From the NCBI GenBank assembly GCA_951406725.2, contig OX597833.1, forward strand, positions 49,042,001-49,106,000: a stretch of DNA of 64,000 bases. The letters are read 5' to 3'. This DNA is from Octopus vulgaris. Taxonomy: Eukaryota. The position numbers and the translations under genes were made by a program. The stretch's first letter is position 1; each line of letters begins with the position of its first letter. Of this stretch, positions 41,219 through 51,877 are shown piece after piece. The notes below the pieces were generated by a model that saw only the letters and a list, made by a program, of their open reading frames with translations, did no database searches and was not told where the DNA came from.

Positions 41219-42687
41219 TTTGTACTACAATGGATTAGATAACACTAAAAATGAACTCCTCTGAAATTAGCAATGGCCTAGAAATAACTCACAACAATGG
41301 CTGAGATGTAGATGGCAGCGGAGCTGAATGTGTTAAAAGATGAATTATTCAGCTATTTGTGGCTCTCTTTGAGAAACATATTTCTATTCAGAAATTTATC
41401 TTAAAATAGAAAGATGGAGAAATTTTCTTTATTTCCTATTGGCTCTTTTCCTCACACACACAATCTCTCTGTGAATATTATCGGCTTGTCAGTATACAAC
41501 TGGTCTCTATAGTATATATTGTATATCATTGTTGATCACTGGGATGCACAGGAATTGGTAATACCTCTGAAATGCTTGTGCAGATTCTTAGAATGTAAAC
41601 CACCTCTGTGGATGGGTTGAGGTGAACCTATCTAAAAGCAGTGTACTAAATTTTGTTAATGCACAGCTATTTTATTCAAATAAGTTATTAATCCAAAATA
41701 AATATTTGGTATGCTTTTATTCTTTTACTTGTTTCAGTCATTTGACTGTGGCCATACTGGAGCACTGCCTTAAAGGTTTTTTTTTAGTTGAAGAAATTGA
41801 CCCCTGCACTTATTCTTTGTAAGCCTAGTACTTATTCTATCAGCCTCTTTTTCCAAACTGCTAAGTTCCAGGGACATAAACACACCAACATTGGTTGTCA
41901 AGTGATGGTGGGGGGTGGGGGGGAAACACAAACACAAAGACACACACTATAAATATATACATATATATATATATCTCATGAAGGAAAGTATTTCGTTTTT
42001 GGATTTGGTTTGCAAGATTCTTTATGTGAGTTTGTGTGTTGAAGCATATTCTGTTGTGTCATTTTCTTTTTGTGCCTTATAATTTATCACACTTGCCAGT
42101 AAAATTTCCACAAAAATTTTAGGAAAATGAAAATAAGGAATAAAGGATGCCTCTAATGAGCATGCATTTGGGAAACGTCAAGGTGAAGGGATGTAAAGAT
42201 GCCAGGCCAAAAGTCAAGAATACAAAAGGCAAAAATAAAATGGAAGGCATAAGGACAGAAATGGCAATAGAAGTCAGTGAAATCTAAAATTCCATAGCCT
42301 TAGAAAGATGTATGACAAGCCCTTATAAGAACGCAAAGCATTATCCACAAAAGTTCAGAGTCTTCACTTCTTTGTTGAGGACATAGAAACAGAAACTCCC
42401 ACCTCAAATTCAGTAGATGTAATGTTTTTTTTAGGATGCATTTCTCTGATAGGCAAAGCAAATATTTAGATGCAATAATCAGTCAGTTGATATTGTAATT
42501 AAAGTTCCCTTTCTTTTTCAAATCCCAGATGTACTTGGAAAATATTCTCGTGCCTATTTTGTCTTCATTCCCGAAAGGAAATGTATGCTATTTGTGGTAT
42601 GCAAAGCTTGTAAGACTCTTAGTGCTACTAGTCTTTTATTGCAAATTTCCTCATTATCATTTAGTGTTTATCTTTTGCACATAACAT

Positions 42688-43080
42688 AGGCACAGGAGTG
42701 GCTGTGTGGTAAGTAGCTTGCTAACCAACCACATGGTTCCGGGTTCGGTCCCACTGCGTGGCATCTTGGGGAAGTGTCTTCCGCTATAGCCCCGGGCCGA
42801 CCAATGCCTTGTGAGTGGATTTGGTAGACGGAAACTGAAAGAAGCCTGTCGTATATATATATATATATATATGTATGTGTTTGTGTGTCTGTGTTTGTCC
42901 TCCTAGCATTGCTTGACAACCAATGCTAGTGTGCTTACGTCCCCATCACTTAGCGGTTCGGCAAAAAGAGACCGATAGAATAAGTACTGGGCTTACAAAG
43001 AATAAGTCCCGGGGTCGATTTGCTCGACTAAAGGCGGTGCTCCAGCATGGCCACAGTCAAAATGACTGAAACAAGTAGAA
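42688..43080 (+). mobile_element. tRNA-derived SINE family A (internal TA/TG microsatellite), representative copy
   Basis: Head GGAGTGGCTGTGTGGTAAG...GGTTCGGTCCC (A/B boxes); tail CAGCATGGCC.CAGTCAAATGACTGAAAC. Other copies approx. 23735-24120(-), 29051-29440(+), 35612-36016(+), 37820-38140(+), 40155-40535(-), 41715-41950(-), 43316-43692(+), 50830-51252(-), 52490-52960(-), 53050-53260(-), 54924-55292(+), 59760-60155(+), 61337-61768(+), 62503-62935(-). Confidence 0.85.
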
Positions 43081-43759
43081 AAAAAAAAAAACTTGCTCTG
43101 GACAGTTCATCTATATACACTGAACACATCATTCGTACACACACACATATACATACACTCGTGTAGCTCTCTTTCATTCTATGCATCACTCGCACAAAGC
43201 CACTCCCTAACTCAGAACCAGTTGAAAGATGATGTAGATCTAACTTGAAAACCTGTATGTATTTGACTTTTAGTGGCTGAAAAAAGAGGTTATTTTACAT
43301 GCATTACTACAACAGGGGTGGCTGTGTGGTAAGTAGCTTGCTTACCAACCACACGGTTCCGGGTTCAGTCCCATTGCGTGGCATGTTGGACAAGTGTCTT
43401 CTACTATAGCCTCAGGCCGACCAAAGCCTTGTGAGTGGATTCGGTAGACGGAAACTGAAAGAAGCCCATCGTATATATGTGTGTGTCTGTGTTTGTCCCC
43501 CTAGCATTGCTTGACAACCGATGCCGGTGTGTTTACGTCGCTGTCACTTAGTGGTTTGGCAAAAAGAGACCGATAGAATAAGTACTGGGCTTACAAAGAA
43601 TAAGTCCTGGGGTTGATTTGCTCGACTAAAAAAAGGCGGTGTTCCAGCATGGCCGCAGTCAAATGTCTGAAACAAGTAAAAGAGTAAAGAGTATACTGAC
43701 TTCATAATGCATTTTATTTATCATTTTATACATTATGAAATGTAGCTTGCAATATCTTT

Positions 43760-44250
43760 TGAGTCTTTCTTTACTTTTCTCAGATTGTATTCTTCGTGTG
43801 TTTTTTTTCCTTCTTCAAGTTGTTGAACCATCCAACGGTTGCGCAAATGTTTCCCTTGTCATCTTTTTGTCCTGAAAATACTTTTACCTTCAGCTTGAAC
43901 TGTTACTGATCTTACAGGTGCACTATCTCTTTCTTTTTCTCTGCCCTTCCTTTTAGAGCATTAGCAATTTCTCCATTTCCTGAATAATGTTTCGAAGCTA
44001 CTTTGTTAACCCCCACTGCATGGCGGCCGAACCTTTCGCTTCCTCTCAGGCTCTTTCCCCTGTTCTTAAGAATATTGGAAATCGTTAAATGGAGCAACTG
44101 CAGATTTCATCCAATAGCATTCGCTTTCCCTGCTCGCCGCCCGCCCCACCGCACTCTTTTATTTCGGTTGTGTATTTTCATTTTAACTTCCAAATCAAGT
44201 GGCTTCTGTTTCTTGTCTAGTGTATTAGTAGCTGGAGAAAAAATCTTCCT
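43760..44250 (-). pseudogene. pogo/Tigger-type transposase N-terminal relic (CENP-B-like HTH domains)
   Basis: - strand KKQKPLDLEVKMKI...AIG*NLQLLHLTISNILKNRGK, then MEKLLML and CATVGWFNNLKK, across shifting frames. Confidence 0.7.
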
Positions 44251-44348
44251 TTCATACCAATAGTCGTGGGTGGTGAATCTGTAGAATGCGAACAAGACAC
44301 TTGTGATGTGCTCGCTGAAGTGTAACTGATGCCGAGAAATAACACCAG

Positions 44349-44405
<57 letters not shown>
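44349..44405. repeat. (CTG/CAG)19 trinucleotide repeat
   Basis: Uninterrupted run of 57 nt. Confidence 0.95.
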
Positions 44406-44907
44406 ATAATGCTTCTCGTACAGTGTGTAGGAATATTCAGATTTTTCTTTTGTTTTTATGCATGGTCAAAACTGGTCGAGGATGTAAGTTGCATAGGTTA
44501 TAAGTTGAGGAGTGTGTGTGTGTATACACAACACATATATGCGTCCAGGCACACACATATTTACACACACACACATATATATGAATATATATATACATAT
44601 ATGAATATGAATATATGACTATGATTATATGAATATATATATATATATATATATGAATATATTCATATATGTATGAATATATATATGTATATATATATAT
44701 GAATATATATATAAATGTATATACATATGAATATATATATATATGTATATATGAATATATATATTCATATAATGCCACAAACAAGCACACCTACAGATTT
44801 CCACATATGTAGTAGATATGTATTTATATATATATATATATGTATATACATATATATATGTATGTCTATATGTATGTCTATATGTATATATATGTACATA
44901 TATATAT

Positions 44908-44951
<44 letters not shown>

Positions 44952-45417
44952 CTATATAATATATGTATGTATATATATTTGTGCTTCACAAGACAAGAGA
45001 ATATTCAGTACTCTGTATTGCCTACTTTTGTTCAAGGCAACATGACTAAGAGAGGTTGCCTGTAAGAGATGATCTGGTTTGAGAGGAAGAAAGAATCGGA
45101 TGCGTAAATTCAGAATGGGTCTATTGGGAGACTTTCCCACTCTATTTTCTGCTCATGAACAGCATAGAAGAAATGCGTTTACATTGCTTTTTTGCCCACA
45201 ACTAGGCTCTGTAATATTTAAATCTATTTCACTTCTTTTGATTCAAACTATCTATTACATAAATTAGATATTGCTTAATTAATGATGAGCTATGAAAAAT
45301 ACAAATATGTAAATGAGGCTGTCCATTGTGGTACTAGCATAATTTATGATTGCTTTATATAATAGCTGAATGTACTTTGCTATTGAGTAGGGAATGACAC
45401 CAGGTATACCTTCTCTA

Positions 45418-45633
45418 AGGCGGCGAGCTGGCAATATTGTTAGCATGCTGGGCGAAATGCGTAGCCATATTTCGTCTGCCGTTACATTCTGAGTTCAAAT
45501 TCCGCCGAGGTCGACTTTGCCTTTCATCCTTTCAGGGTCGATAAATAAAGTACCAGTTACGTACTGGAGTTGATGTAATCAACTTAATCCGTTTGTCTGT
45601 CCTTGTTTGTCCCCTTGTGGGTAGTAAAGAAAT
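45418..45633 (+). mobile_element. tRNA-derived SINE family B with 16-bp TSD, representative copy
   Basis: GGCGGCGAGCTGGCA...GAGTTCAAATTCCGCCGAGGTCGACTTTGCCTTTCATCC core, flanked by AGGTATACCTTCTCTA on both sides. Other copies ~19472-20000, 30360-30700, 32095-32830, 35190-35380, 36730-36950, 39215-39425, 47605-47820, 55870-56290. Confidence 0.85.
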
Positions 45634-45882
45634 AGGTATACCTTCTCTAGGAGTGGTTAAGAAACCATTGAGCAGCTCTTAGCCCTTTTTTATTATCCTT
45701 CAGCAACAACATATAAAGAATGAGTTTATTTCCTTATTTCATCCAATAGAATGTTTTGTAATTTTACGTACACATGCACACACACACACATTTGTTTCTT
45801 TATTGCCCACTGGGGGTTAAACATAGAGAGGGCGCACATGTATTGATGTTCTTACATATATATATGAATCCTTATTTGCTTA

Positions 45883-46497
45883 CTGTAGATCCTCGAGTAT
45901 AATCCGCATTTCTTACCCAAAATTTAAAGGTCAAAATCCCTAGTGTGTACTATATACACAGTTAACAATGAAAATTATTTTCTAAGCAATGTCCGTTTGC
46001 ATTATGTTATATATACAATAATAATAAAGGACATTGCCATATAGTTTTACAAACAAAGGATGTTATGATAATAATAATAATAATGAAATTATTGTATGCA
46101 GTGCTCAGGTGCACCACAACTTGTCAGAAAGTGCGTATAAAGTATATGCAGTAATGTACAAATGTCTGGAAAGCGAACAATGTATGAGTCAGATACATGC
46201 TTGTGTGTGTATGGAGGGGAGAAAATCAGGTGTAGTGTTGGTGAATCTCAGAAAGCATGGAAGTTTTGAAGGATGCAATGCTCAGACAACTAACAACTGA
46301 TGCTGGCAGTTTGTTCCATGCTTCAGCAACTCTCAGCGTGAAAAAATGTTTCCTAAAGTCATGGGAGCTGTGCTGTTTTCTGACTTTGTAAATTTGACTC
46401 AAGTTAGAGAAGGGGTGCGTATTATACACAAGGTTTAGGTTTTTCAGAGGTACAACCTCCTTAAATTCCCCTGCGTATTATACTCGAGGATTTACGG
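45883..46497. mobile_element. Tc1/mariner/pogo-type MITE with TA target duplication, containing a CR1 fragment
   Basis: TA-CTGTAGATCCTCGAGTATAAT ... ATTATACTCGAGGATTTACGG-TA inverted termini. Confidence 0.8.
46075..46397 (-). mobile_element. CR1-type LINE 3' end nested in a TIR element
   Basis: KVRKQHSSHDFRKHFFTLRVAEAWNKLPASVV...FK is a CR1 C-terminal motif; 3' UTR ends in an (ATT)n tail. Confidence 0.8.
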
Positions 46498-46506
46498 TAT
46501 CTTCTC

Positions 46507-46888
46507 TCTATATATAAACGGCAGTTTGTCTGTGTGCGTGTCTGTGTGTCTGTTAGGTTGTACCCTCACCCTGACCACGGCTTTCAACCGATTCTGATGA
46601 AACTTGACCCACACATAGCCCAATGTCATAATTCAAAACTAACGCAGCGAAAATTTTGAAAAGCTCCCCCAGTTCTGAAAAAAATCGATAAATTCGACAT
46701 GGGGTTGAGAATCAGAAACACAAACCACAGACTGTCTAGGGGACGCAACTCGACCTTTTTAACTCTCAAAAAAAATTTACCATCATTTTTTTCCCCATTT
46801 TTTTGATATTTTTTGGCTATAACTCTCTAAAAATGCTTTATAGTTATTTCCCTTACAAACCCGAGCAACGCCGGGCGATACTGCCAGT
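46507..46888 (+). mobile_element. Non-autonomous Helitron-like element just upstream of the MPPE1 acceptor
   Basis: 5' TCTATATATAAA, internal (TGTC)-type repeat and CCGATTCTGATGAAACTT, 3' hairpin CCCGAGCAACGCCGGG followed by CTGCCAGT (degenerate CTAG). Confidence 0.65.
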
Positions 46889-47052
46889 TTATTTTTAAAA
46901 GTGTTTGTTAATATTCATATTTCTTATTTTTCCAGATGCTGGGATGAACATATCATGGCTCCAGTCCATTCAAACTACGCCCTTTTTTAAGGCATGAAAA
47001 ATGGCTGAATTCCTGTTATTTGTATATATGTTTGTTTTGGAGTTAATAACCA

Positions 47053-47300
47053 ATGGGATTTCGGCAAATGTGGCACGCAAAGCTTCTAAGACTGTTAGTG
47101 CTACTAGTGCTACTAGTCATTTACTGCGAATTTCTTCACTATTATATAGTGCTTATTTTTTGCACATGGCCTGCTCTGGACAGTCAGTTCAAAGATATAT
47201 TTGTAACACAAAGTTCTCACAAACCTTTAAAAGCTATGTTTATAGCTGATACACATCTCCTTGGTAGCAGGGATGGTCATTGGTTTGACAAACTAAGGAG
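47053..47300 (+). CDS. MPPE1: First coding exon of metallophosphoesterase 1 (MPPE1/PGAP5-like GPI-remodelling phosphoesterase); later exons not found in the window
   Basis: Translation MGFRQMWHAKLLRLLVLLVLLVIYCEFLHYYIVLIFCTWP...LKAMFIADTHLLGSRDGHWFDKLRR has an N-terminal TM helix plus the CEF..YY....C.WP and ADTHLLG...GHW.DKLRR motifs of MPPE1. Acceptor ttcttatttttccag at 46921-46935; donor AG|gtaggt at 47300/47301 (phase 2). Confidence 0.92.
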
Positions 47301-47814
47301 GTAGGTAATTTCACTTTTTAATATATATATTTTCTTTTTTTCCTTTGCTATTGTTGTCTTTTCTTCGTAATGAAATCTCTAACAATATCATATTGTTGCC
47401 ACTGTTGTTAGCAGTTTTTAAATACATCCTATGATATCTGCATACACAGGCAGTGTGATAGGAGAGGGGCAGAGGAATAATTGTATTGAACTGTCGTGAT
47501 TTATGTGCTCCAGCCTTCGGTAGGACATTGAAAGATTCAGTCATATTTTATATAAACACAAAATATAGAAATGCCTAATATTAACATGTCATATATATAT
47601 ATAAAGGCGGCGAGCTGGCAGAAACGTTAGCACGCCGTATTTCGTCTGCCGTTACGTTCTGAGTTCAAATTCCGCCGAGGTCGACTTTGCCTTTCATCCT
47701 TTCAGGGTCACTAAATTAAGTACCAGTTATGCACTGGGTTCGATATAATCGACTTAATCCCTTTGTCTGTCCTTGTTTGTCCCCTCTATGTTTAGCCCCT
47801 TGTGGGCAATAAAG

Positions 47815-47848
<34 letters not shown>

Positions 47849-49660
47849 TCATTATGGTCGTCTAATGTCTGTTGACTATGCATGCATGGGTTGGACGGTT
47901 TGACCAGGGCTGGTAAGTGAGGGGCTGGATGCCCTTCCTAATGCCAATATATATATAAATTGACTGAAACAAGTAAAAGAAAGATAAAAATAAGATATAT
48001 ATATATGTAAATGTTGAATGATGAGAATGAGTGCTCAACATTGCATTGGTGGATAAAATTTCTTTATTTGTGTATTAAGGCTACCATTGGTTTCATGTTA
48101 AGAAAAATATCTTAATATCTTAGCAATTTTTCAAGCCAATCACATGGCTTTTGGGAATTTTGTAGGGTATTCAGGTAGATAAAAAAACTCTAGAACTCTG
48201 GGGCTGAAGGCCAAGAAAATAGGCTGCTTATCGGTCATAATCATAGGAACAAGGTTAATGCAGTAAAAATAGGGGCTCTGTGGGGCCCCATTTAAGTGGC
48301 CCTTTAGAAATTGAACCTCCTTACAATACTCCCTGGAAGTTCATGGCATGAAATTCATTGTCATTGCTCTGATTTGGTCACCAATGTCTTGTATTTAGTT
48401 TAAAATGCAGTAAAAATAGTGGGGTCAGTGGAGCCCCATTTAGGCAGTCCTTAAAAAAAGACACCCTTAGGACATTCCCTAGGATTAGGGGAGTTGCTGG
48501 TTTGAGTTGCGTTGCCCTTGCACCAATGGTCAAGAAGGAGTTGATGAGCATAAAAATGTAACAGGCAGAGAAACAGTACTCGAATTTATGAGATAAATGG
48601 GTGATCATCTATTTCAATGTATTAGTTTCAAAAGCTTCATGCAAAACATTGGACTACAATCCATACTGAAAGAGGTAACTGCAATGAGTTCTTTGACTGA
48701 ACTATAAGTGTTTCATCATCATCATCGTTTAGCGTCCGCTTTCCATGCTGGCATGGGTTGGACGGTGCAACTGGGGTCTAGGAAGCCAGAAGGCTGCACC
48801 AGGCCCAGTCTGATCTGGCAATGTTTCTACGGCTGGATGCCCTTCCTAACGCCAACCACTCCATGAGTGTAGTGGGTGCTTTTTACGTGCCAGATGAGGC
48901 TGGCAAACAGTCGCGATCGGATGGTGCTTTTTAAGTGCCACCGGCATGAAGGCCAGGCGAGGCTGGCAAACGGCCACGATCGGATGGTGCTTTTTACGTG
49001 CCACCGGCACGGAGGCCAGGCGAGGCTGTTTGATATAGCTAAATCTTGTGTCTGAACATATATGGAGAAATGCTGATGAAAATGGCCCGAGAAGAACGTA
49101 TTGGTTGTGTATCAATTAGTGGTGAATAGATCAGTCACTTGTAATATGTTGATATCATTTTCAGGTATTGAAACCACAATCTTACAATCATGAGCCCAAC
49201 ACCTTAACCACTAAGCCACTTGCCTCTATGTATTATTATTAAACCAAAATGTCATTATGATATCAGTGAAATAGTTTTAATTTGTAAGTAATTCATGTGT
49301 AAAATACTATTCACTTGGAGTTATATAAACATCCTTGTTTATTTTCTAAAACTATGAAGTGATTGACAGAATGTATAAATATAGCTTTTTGTACTCAGCT
49401 TTTGTTTTAATTCTTTTTTTTAAATTTTTATTATATTTACAGGAATAGAAAGTTTAAATGTGTGTGACATATAAAACTAATATATAATAAAAAAAATTTT
49501 AACTGCTATTTTCGACAAAAGTAACAGAGCGAATACTGTAAATTGTTAGATATTGTGGAGATTAGCATTACTAGGCACGTGGTTTAGTGTTTAGAAAGTT
49601 TGGTTCACACTCATGGCTTTGATTCCGGGCAGCGCATTTTGTCCTTGAGCAAGACACTTT

Positions 49661-50074
49661 GGATCTTTTCGGTTTGAACGGCAGTTTTTTCTAGCGGTGT
49701 CATATGAAATTGTCACCCATAATTATGACCCTGGTATCGATCTATTGCATTTCAATCTGTTTTAGGGTTAGGGGTGGGGGGAAGGGTATCTTTTTTTCTT
49801 CACAAATATGAATAAACCCAATCTGTTTCTTAAATGAGGGACATATTCATACGGCACAGAATGTTTTTTTTACCTCAATAGACGTCAGTGATTGGTTGGA
49901 ATTACAGAAATTGAAGAAAAAAAAAACAACAAATATCTTACAAACTATAGAATTTTCTCAATAAAGCCAAGAGAAAAGATGTTTTATAAACACATTCTAC
50001 CAGTATACGAAGTTTAAAATTTTTTAGTTACCTAGAAATTATGTTAAAAACTGCCATTCAAACCAAAAAGATCT
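49661..50074. mobile_element. Same 8-bp-TSD MITE family, opposite orientation, inserted in a SINE
   Basis: TIRs GGATCTTTTCGGTTTGAACGGCAG / CTGCCATTCAAACCAAAAAGATCT; TSD GACACTTT. Confidence 0.88.
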
Positions 50075-50189
50075 GACACTTTATTTCATGTTGCTTTAGT
50101 CCACTCAGCTGGCAAACATTACCTGTAATTGAAAAGCCTAACTTCGTCACATTCTGTGTCACACTGAATCTCCCCAAGAACTACATTAA

Positions 50190-50793
50190 CCCTTTTGATA
50201 CCAACCTGCCTGAAACTGCCTCTGGCTCTGTAGTACAAATCTATTGTTTTCAAAAGTTCTGAATTAAAACCTTCCACCAAACCTTAGTCACAATTCATGT
50301 TCCTAACACTAGCTTAATGATAACTAAGTTATTTTACTAAATTCTTTGTTATATTTAAAACGAGCAAAACACCCCCCCTCCCTCGTCCAATGGATGGTGC
50401 TGAGTTGTCAAACATTTAAACCAAATTTTCTCAAAACAACTTGTCCGACCGTCCCGTAGGCCTCCCCTTTGAGAAACACTGATTTAACCTAAATTTGAGA
50501 CACCAGCAAAAGAAGAAATAAAGATAGACTTTTTTTCTATTCCAAGAAAAACAATTTTACAAATGCACGTTCCCATGGCTTTATCGATTGTATTCTCACC
50601 TGGAATCGATTTTTTTCAAGACTCATACATGCCCTGATACTGTTGGTATTTACATATCAAATTTGAGCGCAATCGGATGGAGGTTACCCGAGATCTTAGA
50701 AGACACACTGACAGACAGAGAGAATGGATTTTATATAATAAATTAGTTGAAAGAAACACAAAGTATCTCAAAAGAAATATGGTAACAAAAGGG
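50190..50793. mobile_element. Second TTAA MITE family with a nested Helentron-like insert (~50361-50740)
   Basis: TTAA-CCCTTTTGATACCA ... TGGTAACAAAAGGG-TTAA. The insert ends in CAAATTTGAGCGCAATCGGATGG...GACAGACAGA...TTTATATAATA. Confidence 0.7.
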
Positions 50794-51831
50794 TTAAAGG
50801 TACGCTTGTTTGTGGAGTGCTCAACTATTTACTCTTTTACTTGTTTCAGTCATTTGAATGTGGCCATGCTGGAGCACCGCCTTTAGTCAAGCAAATTGAC
50901 CCCAGGACTTATTCTTTGTAAGCCTAGTACTTATTCTATCAGTCTCTTTTGCCGAACTGCTAAGTTACGAGGACATAATCACATCACCATCGGTTGTCAA
51001 GTGATGTTGTGGGACAAACACAGACACACAAACGCATACACACACACACACACACACACACATACACACACATACATATACATACATATGATAGGTTTCT
51101 TTCAGTTTCTGTCTACCAATTCCACTCACAAGGCTTTGGTCGGCCTGAGGCTATAGTAGAAGACACTTGCCCAAGGAACCATACAGTGGGACTGAACCCG
51201 GAACCATGTGGTTGGTAAGCAAGCTACTTACCACACAGCCACTCCTGTGCCTATTTGTGCATTAATTTTATGAGCAGGCTGTTCCATTGATTGGATTAGC
51301 TGGAATATTCCTTGTCATAACCCAGAAAGTCCCAGTCAACATTAAAAGTAATAACAAACCAGTGTTCACCTAAGCTGTACTACACTTGTTTTTAAATACA
51401 ATATCTTTGTGAATGTAAAAAGAGGGATTGGGTGGATTAATTTCAAACTCATTTCTGCAGATGAGCGAACTGGAGCAACATAACAGAGTTCAATTCCAGG
51501 CTGTGACCTTATGACTCCTGTGCAGGTAGCACGTAAAAAACACCATTTTCGAGCGTGGCCGTTGCCAGTACCGCTAGACTGGCCCTCGTGCCAGTGGCAC
51601 GTAAAAGCATCCACTACACTCTCGGAGTGGCTGGTGTTAGGAAGGGCATCCAGCTGTAGAAACTGCCAGATCAGATTGGAGCCTGGCGTAGCCATCTGTT
51701 TCGCCAGTCCTCAGTCAAATCGTCCAACCCATCCTAGCATGGAAAGCAGATGTTAAACGATGAATAATAATAATAATAACAACATCAAAAAATACCTTAG
51801 GAATGATAACCCAGGTTCAAAATTTTCCCAA

Positions 51832-51877
51832 GACACCTGATGAAGGCTGGAGAGTATATCAGCCGAAATGTTGTGTT
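51832..51877 (+). ncRNA. Minimal type I hammerhead motif, canonical core
   Basis: GACAC | CTGATGA | A GGCTGG-AGAGTATA-TCAGCC | GAA A-TG-T T | GTGTT. Confidence 0.75.

Noticed and set aside
46585-46610. CTGATGAAAC in the Helitron-like element
   Set aside because: No stem II between core and GAAA; common motif of this element type
47001-47249. 82-aa ORF as an independent gene
   Set aside because: Out-of-frame overlap of the MPPE1 exon with no recognisable homology; treated only as a possible uORF
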